From: Candidatus Tectimicrobiota bacterium | Lineage (GTDB): Bacteria > JACPUC01 | Direction of reading: 5' to 3' | Assembly: GCA_016192455.1 (NCBI GenBank) | Contig: JACPUC010000025.1 | Span: 1 to 64,000, forward strand | DNA length: 64,000 nt | Shown: piece after piece, positions 40,366 to 49,568 of the stretch | Numbering within the stretch: position 1 is the first letter of the stretch | How the letters are laid out: each line of letters begins with the position of its first letter | The notes under the pieces: model-generated | The model's input: the letters and a program-made list of their open reading frames with translations, nothing else | Told to the model about the DNA's origin: nothing | The model's database searches: none | Translations under genes and position numbers: made by a program

Positions 40366-40982
40366 GAAGCCGGCTCGAGAGCCGCGATGAGCGTCTCCGA
40401 AGCGACCACCTCGGCGAAGATGGGCAGGATATGCTCGACGGAGAAGGCGTGCATGGCGGCGTTCATGCTAGCGCAGCAATCCTCCGCGACGAGGACACGG
40501 TAACCGGCGTCGGCGGCGTGCCGCGCCGATGACTCGACGACGAAGTTTGTGGCCACCCCGCAGAGGATGAGGGTGGAGGCCCCCAGCCCGGTGAGGATCA
40601 CCTCGAGGGGGGAACCGTAGAAGGCATTGACGCGCAGCTTGTTCACCACCAGGTCGCCGGGCTGGGGCGCAATGGCGGCGTGGACCTCCGCACCCCACGA
40701 GCCCTTGACGAGGGTCTGGCTCTTGCGGGCGCCGCGGAACATGCGGGCGTTCTCGCGCACCTCCCGGTGGCCAGGCTCGTAGGCCACGATGATGTAGATG
40801 ACTGGCACCTGGGCGCGCCGCGCGGCTTCGGCCAGGGAAGCGATGCGCGGCAGGATGGCGCGCTCCGCAACCTGAGCCGCAAAGCCCCAGGGCACCATCT
40901 TCCCTTCCGGGTGAATGATCTCGTTTTGACAATCCATGATCAGCAGCGCGGTGCTGTCATGGTCGAGTGCAAGACGGCTCAC
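40362..40982 (-). CDS. Isochorismatase-family hydrolase
   Basis: ALLIMDCQN, NKLRVNAF, GVATNFVVESSAR and VAEDCCAS motifs; GTG start with SD GGAGG. Confidence 0.85.
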   Translation of the reverse strand: MSRLALDHDSTALLIMDCQNEIIHPEGKMVPWGFAAQVAERAILPRIASLAEAARRAQVPVIYIIVAYEPGHREVRENARMFRGARKSQTLVKGSWGAEVHAAIAPQPGDLVVNKLRVNAFYGSPLEVILTGLGASTLILCGVATNFVVESSARHAADAGYRVLVAEDCCASMNAAMHAFSVEHILPIFAEVVASETLIAALEPAS

Positions 40983-41011
40983 CCCCTCATCCTCCAGCAC
41001 GAACGGTTCCC

Positions 41012-41881
41012 ATGCTGCCGCAATTCTTGGCGCTCGGCGCGTCACTCTCCTTCGGCTTCCTCATCGTCTTCGTTCAGCTCGGCCTGAATGCTGGCGGCAC
41101 ACCCCTCGCCAGCACCATCCTTAACCTGGTGGTCAACACCCTCTTCCTCTGGGTCTTCCTGATTGTCTGGGGGGATCTCGGGCAGGTGCTGAACACCGGC
41201 GTCTGGGTCTTCCTCCTCATCGGCGCCTTCGTGCCCGGCCTGGCGCGCTACTCGTACTTCCACGGCGCCCAGCGCATCGGCGCCTCCCGTTCGGCGACGC
41301 TCAAATCGCTCAGCCCCCTCTTCTCCGTGCTCATCGCCATCTCAGCCTTCGGCGAGCGCCTCACGCCGTTCACCGCGGTCGGCACGGCGCTGATCGTGGC
41401 GGGGATCCTCCTCGTCTCCAGCAAGCGCGGCGCGCAAGAGACGTGGCCAAAGGTCTACCTCATCTTTCCCCTCATCACGGCCCTGCTCTTCGCATTGCGC
41501 GACAACCTGGCGCGTTTCGGCTTCAACCTTGTCGCTTCGCCGCTCGTCGGCGCCGCCATGGCCGCCACCGGCGGGTTCTTGAGCTTGCTGCTCATCAGCA
41601 GGGTGCAGGGAAGCGCTGGGCAGCTCCACATGCAACATCGCAGCTCGCTCTACTTTGCCGCCTCCGGAGTCTTCGGCGGCATTGCGTATATCTGCCTCTT
41701 CACGGCGCTCTCGACCGGCCGCGTCGTCACCGTGGCCCCCTTGCTGTACGCCGATCCTCTCCTGGTGCCGGTGATCTCGTACATCCTCCTGCGCGGCAGC
41801 GAGCCCCTGAGCTGGCGGCTGGCGCTCGGCGCGGTCTGCGTCGTGTCCGGCATCACCTTCATCTTCCAGGCGCGCGTCTAA
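41012..41881 (+). CDS. DMT/EamA family transporter
   Basis: About 10 TM helices in two repeats; IGASRS, FGERLT and GRVVTVAPL. Confidence 0.85.
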   Translation: MLPQFLALGASLSFGFLIVFVQLGLNAGGTPLASTILNLVVNTLFLWVFLIVWGDLGQVLNTGVWVFLLIGAFVPGLARYSYFHGAQRIGASRSATLKSLSPLFSVLIAISAFGERLTPFTAVGTALIVAGILLVSSKRGAQETWPKVYLIFPLITALLFALRDNLARFGFNLVASPLVGAAMAATGGFLSLLLISRVQGSAGQLHMQHRSSLYFAASGVFGGIAYICLFTALSTGRVVTVAPLLYADPLLVPVISYILLRGSEPLSWRLALGAVCVVSGITFIFQARV

Positions 41882-42008
41882 CCTCTGCGGCCCGCCGGCG
41901 GTCGCCGCTCGACCCGCGGCGGCGCCTCGATGGCGCACCGCGCCCCTGATCCCTCGGGGTTAAGGTGGGCAGCGCGGCGGAGCGGGAGGCTCGCTGGCGG
42001 CAGGCAGC

Positions 42009-43388
42009 CTACGCGGGGCTGGGCTGATCCGGGAAGTACTCGCTCCAGCGCTGGACCACGCGCTGGGCGACCTGTGCCGGCACGTTGGGGAGGAGGTAGC
42101 GTTGCAGCGGCGCATCCAGGGCTTTCGTGGCATCGATGCCCATCTTCGCCACCGTGTTGTTGACGGCCATCGGATCGGCATTGTTGCTCTTCGCCCCAGG
42201 GATGACGAAGATGTCGCGCTCAAAATCAGAGCGCGTGGCGATCGCCCACTCGACCTCGTAGGGGTCCTCGATGTCGATATCCTCGTCGACGACGATGGCG
42301 CGCTTCAGGAGGTCCTGACTGGCAAAGGCGGCGAAGGCGGCGCTCTTCCCCTCCCCTTCGGTGCGCTTCTTGATGGCGATGACGGCATGGAAGCGGCACG
42401 ACCCTCCCTCGCTCATGAAGACGCGCTGGGTGCCGGGGACGGTCTTGCGCACATCGCGGAAGAGGGTCGCCTCGCGCGCGATGCCGCCGATGAGGAGGTG
42501 CTCGGGATGCTTTCCGGCGCTCACCACCTGCAGAATGGGATGCTCGCGGTGGGTGACGCACTTGACGTGCAGGCGTGGGTTCTGCTTCCGGCCGCCGTAG
42601 GTGCCGGGGAACTCGCCGAACGGGGCCTCCTCGGCGAGGTCATCGGGGTGCATGACCGCTTCGATGACGATCTCGGCATGCGCCGGCACCTCGAGGTCCA
42701 CCGTCCTGCACTTCACGACCTCAAGCGGTTCGCCGAAGATGCCGCCCGCAACCCGCAACTCGTCATAGCCGAGCTCGAGGAGGCATTGCGAGGCGACGAG
42801 CACCGCCGGGTGGTTGCCGACGACGAACGCCAGCTCCAGCGGCCGCCCCAGCTCGAAGCAGCGTTTGCGGATGGTGTGCAGGTGGGTGGGAGCGATGTTC
42901 GTCCCCATCACCGCCGGCTCCTGGATGTGCAGGCGATTGATGGAGACGTTCCGCACCCCAGTGTCGGGATGCTTGGCGATGCAGACGCCGGCGGAGATGT
43001 ACGGCCCGGCATCGAACTCGGAGAGGGTGGGAATGGGGAACATTTTCAGGAGGTCGATGTCGTGATCGACGACCACCTCCTGGCAGGGTGCCTCCTGCAC
43101 CGAGCGCGGCTCGATGGGGTGCTCCACGGCGTGGACCACGCGCGCCTGCACCTCGGAGAGCGGCAGATTGAGGGCGGCGGCGAACTTGCCGCGGGTGTTG
43201 AGCACGTTGCCCACGGCCCGCCCGCCGGAACCCCGCAGCTTCGTGAAGAGGACGGCGGGGCCACGTTTCAGGCGCCAGAGGATGCCGGCGAGCTCGAACC
43301 GGGGATCAACCTCGGCGGCGGCATGCCACAGCTCGCCCGCCGCTTCGTACCTCTCCAGGGCATGGCGCAAACTCTGCGACACAAACAT
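42009..43388 (-). CDS. UbiD-family prFMN-dependent (de)carboxylase 2 (HmfF-like by eye)
   Basis: RNVSINR, VPAHAEIVIE, EAPFGEFPG, EHLLIGGIAREA, VVDEDID and KMGIDAT motifs. Confidence 0.9.
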   Translation of the reverse strand: MFVSQSLRHALERYEAAGELWHAAAEVDPRFELAGILWRLKRGPAVLFTKLRGSGGRAVGNVLNTRGKFAAALNLPLSEVQARVVHAVEHPIEPRSVQEAPCQEVVVDHDIDLLKMFPIPTLSEFDAGPYISAGVCIAKHPDTGVRNVSINRLHIQEPAVMGTNIAPTHLHTIRKRCFELGRPLELAFVVGNHPAVLVASQCLLELGYDELRVAGGIFGEPLEVVKCRTVDLEVPAHAEIVIEAVMHPDDLAEEAPFGEFPGTYGGRKQNPRLHVKCVTHREHPILQVVSAGKHPEHLLIGGIAREATLFRDVRKTVPGTQRVFMSEGGSCRFHAVIAIKKRTEGEGKSAAFAAFASQDLLKRAIVVDEDIDIEDPYEVEWAIATRSDFERDIFVIPGAKSNNADPMAVNNTVAKMGIDATKALDAPLQRYLLPNVPAQVAQRVVQRWSEYFPDQPSPA

Positions 43389-43614
43389 TTCCTTTCCCAC
43401 CCGGCCATGGGATGAACGCCGCGGTCGTTCCGCGCCCTGGCAGCAGCTCCATGGGAGGAGACAGCAGCGCCCACGACACCTTCCAGGGGCCGAAGAGAAG
43501 ACTCGGAGGTGAGGTGAAAGAGCCCTGCAATGCGAGCGCACGCAGGGCTTCCTCAACGTCTCGCAACTCCAGGGCACGCCGCCTGCGAGGCGCAGTCGCG
43601 GTCGGCCCCGCCCC

Positions 43615-44478
43615 TTATTGGCGCGTCACGGTGGTGGACCAGGGGCAGAGCACCTTCTCAAGCCACTGGATGAACCAAGTCGAGAGAATGCCCAGAATCC
43701 CGAAGGTGATGATGCAGGCGAACATCTGCTGCACCAGCATGAGCTGGTACGACTCCCAAAGGAGGTACCCCAAGCCGGAGTTGGTCGCTTCCAGCTCCGT
43801 GACGAAGACCAGGATGAGCGCGATGCCGGCGCCCAGACGCAGGCCGGTGAAGATATTCGGCAGGGCTCCCGGCAGCACGACCTTGAGGAAAATCTGCCGT
43901 TCCGAGGCCCCGAGGTCGCGCGCCGCTCGGATGAGGATGGGATTAAGCGTCTTCACGCCGGTGACCGTGTTGATGAGCACCAGGAAGAGCACGCCGACGA
44001 GGATCGTCACCACCTTCGAGGGGTCGCCCAGGCCGAACCAGAGCATGAAGAGCGGGAAGAGGGCTGACTTCGGGATGGGGTAGATCGCGGCAACGAGCGG
44101 GTCAACGATGTCCTCGATGATCTGCGACCAACCGACGAACAGGCCGACGATGATGCCGAGAAGGGAGCCGTAGAGGAAGCCCTGGCCCGTGCGCAGGAAG
44201 CTCATCCAGATGGCGTACGGCAAGGTCCCATCGGCCGTGAGCCGCACGAAGACGCGCAGAACGGACAAGGGGGGCGGGAGAAAGATTTCGCCCACCTTGC
44301 CGATGCGCACGATGAGCTCCCATGCCACCAAGAGAATGAGGGGCGAGAGGACGCGGATCACCGTGGAGCGCGGGAACCACGACTTCCTTGGGAGCTTCAG
44401 ACCTTCAAGGCCGGTGAGCTCGACCGCCAGCGCTCCGCCTGCTTGCCTGCCGCCTAGGTTGGAAACGTCAGTAGTCAT
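43615..44478 (-). CDS. ABC permease, NitT/TauT/SsuC type
   Basis: YPIPKSAL and AARDLGAS...LPGALP EAA-like loop. Confidence 0.9.
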   Translation of the reverse strand: MTTDVSNLGGRQAGGALAVELTGLEGLKLPRKSWFPRSTVIRVLSPLILLVAWELIVRIGKVGEIFLPPPLSVLRVFVRLTADGTLPYAIWMSFLRTGQGFLYGSLLGIIVGLFVGWSQIIEDIVDPLVAAIYPIPKSALFPLFMLWFGLGDPSKVVTILVGVLFLVLINTVTGVKTLNPILIRAARDLGASERQIFLKVVLPGALPNIFTGLRLGAGIALILVFVTELEATNSGLGYLLWESYQLMLVQQMFACIITFGILGILSTWFIQWLEKVLCPWSTTVTRQ

Positions 44479-44493
44479 GGCTTCGTTCTCACT

Positions 44494-45282
44494 CTAAAGT
44501 TCGCGCTCGCGGCGCATGCTCTTGTCGACTTCCGCTGCAATATGCTCCGCCAGCATCGCCAGAACCTTGACCTCGCGCTCGTTCGTCGTCGAACGGGGCC
44601 GAGGGATGTCCGCGATGTCGATGATCTCCTTGACCCGCCCGGGGCGCGAGCTCATGAGGACGATGCGTTCGCCAAGGAGGACCGCTTCTTCCAGACTGTG
44701 GGTGACGTACACGAAGGTCTTCTTCGTCTTGCTCCAGATGCTGACGAGCTCCGTCTGCAAGACGCGCCGCGTCTGCGCATCGAGGGCCGCCAAGGGTTCA
44801 TCGAAGAGGATCACCTCCGGGTCGTTGGCCAGGGCGCGCGCCAGCGCCACACGCTGGCGCATGCCGCCCGAAAGCTCGTTCGGGAAGCGGGTCTCGAAGC
44901 CGGTGAGGTTCACGAGTTCGATGTACCGCTCCGCTTCGCGGTAGCGCGCTCGCTTCCGAACCCGCCGCATCTCCGGTCCGAACGCGACATTGTCGATGAC
45001 GGTGCGCCAGGGGAAGAGGGCGTACTCCTGGAACACCGTACAGGTGAGGCGCTTGTTGTCATGACTCTTCTCGGTGAAGGTGATCTCTCCACTTGTCGGA
45101 TGATCAAGCCCCGAGAGCATGAACAACAGGGTCGACTTGCCGCAGCCGCTCGGACCCAACAGGATGAGGAACTCCGAGCGATTCAGGTCAAGGTCTATGC
45201 GGTCGAGCGCGTGGACGTACTCACCGGTGCGCTCGACGAAGAAGACTTTCGTGAGGTTACGGATTGCGCAGATATTCTCCAT
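44494..45282 (-). CDS. ABC ATPase, NitT/TauT type
   Basis: [17 protein letters not shown] and FDEPLAALDAQT motifs. Confidence 0.92.
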   Translation of the reverse strand: MENICAIRNLTKVFFVERTGEYVHALDRIDLDLNRSEFLILLGPSGCGKSTLLFMLSGLDHPTSGEITFTEKSHDNKRLTCTVFQEYALFPWRTVIDNVAFGPEMRRVRKRARYREAERYIELVNLTGFETRFPNELSGGMRQRVALARALANDPEVILFDEPLAALDAQTRRVLQTELVSIWSKTKKTFVYVTHSLEEAVLLGERIVLMSSRPGRVKEIIDIADIPRPRSTTNEREVKVLAMLAEHIAAEVDKSMRREREL

Positions 45283-45405
45283 GCGGTCACATTCTCAGCA
45301 GGTGTCCAACAAGAGCGGCCCGGCTGCCTCCGTCAGGAAGCGACAAGGACTCACTTCATCCCCCCAACGCCGCATTTCTTAGCACGCGGGGCTCCACCTC
45401 CCTCC

Positions 45406-46236
45406 TCACTTCGACTCGTGCTGCGTCTCCTCATGCCAGTGCAGGACCAGGGCACGCACCTTCTCGAGAATCTTCTGCAAAAGGTAGCCCAACACCGAGA
45501 TGACGAGCAAACCGGCGAACACTGAAACCGAGTCGGCGAATCGCTGCGCCACCATGATGTAGTTCCCAAGGCCGCCGCCGCCCATCAGCATCTCCGAGAC
45601 GATGACGACGATGATGGAGATGGGCATGGCGATCTGCGCCCCGTTGAGGACCTGCGGCAGCGTCGCGGGGAAAATCACCTTGCGGAGTAATGAGTTCTCA
45701 CTCGTCCCCATGTTGCGGGCCGACCAGAGGAGGTACTTATCCACCCCCATGGTGCCGAGGTAGGTGGCAGTGACGATCGGGAAGGTGCAGGCCAGGGTCG
45801 CCAGGAAGATCTTCGGCCTGTCGAAGAGGCCGAACCAGAGGATGAAGATCGGCAGGAAGCTGATCTTCGGAGTCGGGAAGCCGATGGAGACGATGGGATC
45901 GAAGAACCAGTGGATGACCCTGATCCTCGCCATGGAGATGCCGATCGGCACCGCAATGACGAGGGCCACGCAGAAGCTGAGGAGGGCGCGGTAGGTCGTC
46001 AGGGCGGTATCTCGAATGAGGTCGGCCTCCAGGGTCGCCTTGTAGACTCCCTTCAGAATGCTTGAAACGCTCGGCAAGAGGAACGGGGTCACCAGGTTGA
46101 GGCGGGCCACCACCTCCCAGACGATGATGAGGAGGAGGACGGAGTAGTACTTCTTGAGGATGACCAGCGGACTGGGAACCGCAAGCCCGCCGCTCCTGCC
46201 AGTCGCCGCAACCGCCTGGGTGTCGGAAACCGCCAT
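45406..46236 (-). CDS. ABC permease, NitT/TauT/SsuC type
   Basis: FPTPKISFLP and SARNMGT motifs. Confidence 0.9.
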   Translation of the reverse strand: MAVSDTQAVAATGRSGGLAVPSPLVILKKYYSVLLLIIVWEVVARLNLVTPFLLPSVSSILKGVYKATLEADLIRDTALTTYRALLSFCVALVIAVPIGISMARIRVIHWFFDPIVSIGFPTPKISFLPIFILWFGLFDRPKIFLATLACTFPIVTATYLGTMGVDKYLLWSARNMGTSENSLLRKVIFPATLPQVLNGAQIAMPISIIVVIVSEMLMGGGGLGNYIMVAQRFADSVSVFAGLLVISVLGYLLQKILEKVRALVLHWHEETQHESK

Positions 46237-47055
46237 TTACTCCTCCCTCCAGATCAGGATACGACGCATGATGGTAAGGTAGGCGCGGTCAGCGAAGAAG
46301 CCCAGCAGGGTAATGGTGAGCACCGCGGCGAACATCCCCGCGTATTCGCCGCTCTCGCCGAGGAAGAAGATGAGGAAACCAAGACCAGACTTTGCCGCCA
46401 GCATCTCCGAGCTCACCAGGAGGATGAAAGAAATGGCGAGCGCCATGCGGATGCCGCTGAGGATGTCGGGCAGGGAAGCCGGTACCACCACGCGCCAAAG
46501 GAGCTTGCCCTCCCGCGTCCCCATGTTGCGCGCCGACCAGATGAGGTAGCGATCGACGCCACGCGCTCCATTGAAGGCGCTGATGACGATGGGGATGAGG
46601 CAGCCCGCGAAGATGACCGCGATCTTCGAGATATGGCCCAACCCCAGCCAGATGATGAAGATGGGGATGAGAGCCGGTTTGGGGATGGGATACGAGATCA
46701 TCACAATGGGCTCGAAGAAGTCGCGCAGCTTCTGGAACCACGCCATGGCGATGCCGAGGGTTACCCCCAGGATGATCGACAGACCCAAGCCAACCATGCC
46801 CCGCCACATGGAGGCCGCGGTGTTGGTCACCACGGTGCTGGCGAAGAAACTCCTGACGGCGTCCCACAAGAACGTGCCCGATTTGGCTATCTCGCCATCG
46901 GCAAGGAACTCCAGCCAGCGATGCACGACGTCGAAAAACGACGGCAGGAGGGAATCCGGCACGAACTTCAGCTCCGAGGCCATCTGCCACGCCGCCAAGA
47001 GGATGAAGATCGGCGCGTAACGCCAGAGAACCACGATGGTCGACCGTACGGTCAT
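46237..47055 (-). CDS. ABC permease, NitT/TauT/SsuC type
   Basis: YPIPKPALIP, SARNMGT and SSEML motifs. Confidence 0.9.
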   Translation of the reverse strand: MTVRSTIVVLWRYAPIFILLAAWQMASELKFVPDSLLPSFFDVVHRWLEFLADGEIAKSGTFLWDAVRSFFASTVVTNTAASMWRGMVGLGLSIILGVTLGIAMAWFQKLRDFFEPIVMISYPIPKPALIPIFIIWLGLGHISKIAVIFAGCLIPIVISAFNGARGVDRYLIWSARNMGTREGKLLWRVVVPASLPDILSGIRMALAISFILLVSSEMLAAKSGLGFLIFFLGESGEYAGMFAAVLTITLLGFFADRAYLTIMRRILIWREE

Positions 47056-47226
47056 GGTTCTTTCCTCTCCGCCCTCAGAATCCCGCCCTGCGCACGCCAC
47101 GGCGCCGGCCCAACCGCGCTCTTCTCCGGCAGGCGGCGGTGACGCTTTCCGCCTTCTCCCCTCAGCACCTCGGGCCTGCCGCGCCGGCCTCGGACACGGC
47201 AGGACCGTGCCCCCGAGGCGAGCTGC

Positions 47227-48015
47227 CTAGCCATCGAGAGGCCCCGCCTTGTCCACCTCCTCGCGCACACTTTTCCAGATCTGGTGCGTCTTCTGAGCGA
47301 AGGCGGCGCTCTCCAGCACCTCTTCGGTGCTCTTGTAGCCGGCGAACTTCGTGTCCACAATCTCTTTGATACGTCCGGGGCGAGCCGTCATGATGACGAC
47401 CCGGTCCGCCAGGTAGACCGCCTCGCGCACATCGTGGGTCACGAAGAGCACCGTCTTCTTGCGTTTGCTCCAGATGCTCAGCAACTCTTCCTGCATCACG
47501 CCGCGGGTCTGCGCGTCGAGCGCCCCGAACGGCTCATCCATGAGCAGGACCTCGGGGTCGAAGGCAAGCGTCCGGGCGATTGCCACGCGCTGTTTCATGC
47601 CGCCGGAGAGCTGGCTGGGGTAGTGGTGCTCGAAGCCGGTGAGCTTCACCATATCGATGTGCTTGCGGGCGATCTTTTCGCGCTCGGCTTTGGGGATCTT
47701 CTGCTCCTCCAGGCCGTACGTGACGTTGCGCAGCACCGTCTTCCACGGAAAGAGAGCGAAGTGCTGGAAGACGATGCCGCGATCCGGCCCGGGCGCCTCC
47801 ACCGGTTTGCCATTCACTTTGATCTCGCCAGCCGTGAGATCGAGAAAGCCAGCGACCATGTAGAGCAAGGTGCTCTTGCCGCAGCCGCTCGGCCCCACGA
47901 TGGCGACGAACTCATTCTCCCGCACCTCCAGGCTCACCTCGTCGATAGCAAGAACAGGATAGCGCTTGTCCGGGTTGTAGATTTTCCTCACATTGCGCGC
48001 AACGATGTCAGCCAC
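47227..48015 (-). CDS. ABC ATPase, NitT/TauT type
   Basis: [17 protein letters not shown] and [12 protein letters not shown] motifs; GTG start with SD AGGAG. Confidence 0.92.
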   Translation of the reverse strand: MADIVARNVRKIYNPDKRYPVLAIDEVSLEVRENEFVAIVGPSGCGKSTLLYMVAGFLDLTAGEIKVNGKPVEAPGPDRGIVFQHFALFPWKTVLRNVTYGLEEQKIPKAEREKIARKHIDMVKLTGFEHHYPSQLSGGMKQRVAIARTLAFDPEVLLMDEPFGALDAQTRGVMQEELLSIWSKRKKTVLFVTHDVREAVYLADRVVIMTARPGRIKEIVDTKFAGYKSTEEVLESAAFAQKTHQIWKSVREEVDKAGPLDG

Positions 48016-48307
48016 CTTGGTTCGTCTTCTCCTGTCCGATGAAACCGTCGCCCCGCGCAGGGTGCACGCCCACGCCGCACGCACCGCGCCGCTTGGCTTT
48101 CCCAGCCACCCCTCTCCCGGCCCCTCCACAACGTTGGGGGCTTACGAAGCCGTTACCCTCCATAGTCACCTGGGCTGCCGCCGCTCTTGCACTCCCTTCT
48201 GCCTCGCCAGCGGCGCTCGATAAGACTTCGCCCTACCGCAACGTCATGCATCTCGGCAATCGTGACACCAGGAGATCCCTAACGCTTGAGCCCTACGACA
48301 AGACTTC

Positions 48308-48337
48308 ATTATAACAGGATCGCGGACAGGGATACAA
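48308..48337 (-). promoter_or_regulatory. Sigma70 promoter for ABC/UbiD-2 operon
   Basis: Minus strand TTGTAT, 18 bp spacer, TGtTATAAT (consensus extended -10). Confidence 0.6.
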
Positions 48338-48541
48338 CCTCACTTTTGCCTCATGGAGCCGGCGGCGCTCCCCCCAACACCCTTGAGCAGAAACGGCATC
48401 AGCAGCGCCTTGCGCCCGGCCACCCCGCACCCATGTGGAGATCGTTCACCCCTTGTGGCATGTTCGTACTCAAATGTCAAGGCGCGCACTGCCCTCCCCC
48501 TGCTCCCGCGCTCCAGGGTGATGCGCCCCTTCCGATGGGCG

Positions 48542-48570
48542 TTGAAAGCATCTGGACAACCACATAGACT
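48542..48570 (+). promoter_or_regulatory. Sigma70 promoter for mocA-yqeB-yqeC operon
   Basis: TTGAAA, 17 bp spacer, TAGACT. Confidence 0.55.
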
Positions 48571-48671
48571 GAGAGTATGAAAGGAGTGAATGGAGCAGAG
48601 AAGGGAAACGCCTGGCTCGGCGTGGGTCGATTCCAGCTCGCCGAGGCGAAAGCTGCTGCTCTGCCACCACC

Positions 48672-49277
48672 ATGAGCGCCATGAAGTTCGTTTGCATCCT
48701 CTTGGCGGCCGGTCAATCCGTCCGCATGGGCCGCACGAAGCAACTGCTGCCGTGGGGTGCAAAGACCATCCTTGAGGCCACGATCCAGCATTACCTGGCT
48801 GCCGGGTTGGACCATCCCTATGTCGTCATCGGCAGTGATGCCGAGCGGCTGCGGGTGCTCTTGAAAACCGCGCCGGTGCACCTCGTCTTCAACCCCCACT
48901 TCCCCGAGGGCATGGGCGCCTCGCTGCGGGTGGGGGTCCAGGCCGCGCCGCGCGACTGGGATGCCCTGGTCATTGGCCTTGGTGATCAGCCCACCCTCTC
49001 GGAGGCAACCATTCAGGCGGTGCTGGACGCCTACCGTGGCGATCCTCGCCCCATCGCCGTCCCCACCTATCAGGGCCGGCGCGGGCACCCGGTGGTAATC
49101 GGCCGGCGCTTCGCCGCGGAGCTCCAGGGGCTCAGCGGCGACATCGGTTGCCGCAAGCTCCTGGCGGCTCATCCCGATGATGTCTGCGAGGTCGCCGTCG
49201 ATGACCCCGGCGTCATCTGCGATATCGATACCCCCGAGGAGTACGCCGAAGCGCTGGCGCGGCTTCCCAAAACGTGA
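48672..49277 (+). CDS. mocA: Molybdenum cofactor cytidylyltransferase (MocA/YgfJ-like)
   Basis: LAAGQSVRMGRTKQLL, GMGASL, LGDQP, RGHPV and DIDTPEEY motifs. Confidence 0.85.
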   Translation: MSAMKFVCILLAAGQSVRMGRTKQLLPWGAKTILEATIQHYLAAGLDHPYVVIGSDAERLRVLLKTAPVHLVFNPHFPEGMGASLRVGVQAAPRDWDALVIGLGDQPTLSEATIQAVLDAYRGDPRPIAVPTYQGRRGHPVVIGRRFAAELQGLSGDIGCRKLLAAHPDDVCEVAVDDPGVICDIDTPEEYAEALARLPKT

Positions 49278-49568
49278 GTCGAAACCGCGGCGAGGGTGCG
49301 CCGGAAATTCGCTGCGGCATGGCGGTTGGCGGTTCGGCGGGGCGCCTGCGGCGAAGCGAGGTCTCGGCGCGCAGCCCATCCGCGCCGGCATCTCAGGCGG
49401 AAGGGCGGCCATCGCGCCGGCCTTCCAAACCCCCAGCCGCCGCGCAGCAGGACTCCCCGCGCTTCCTTCCCGCGGCGGGCGGGGGCGAGGCGAAGCTGCC
49501 GAGCGGAATCAATCATCTCTTTTTGCCCCAAGTGCTCCTACCACGACGATGAGGAGGCGGGTGCACGC

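Noticed and set aside
48340-48762. ORFs in the ABC/mocA divergent spacer as the missing binding protein or a regulator
   Set aside because: Too short, with no signal peptide or HTH, and overlapping promoter elements.
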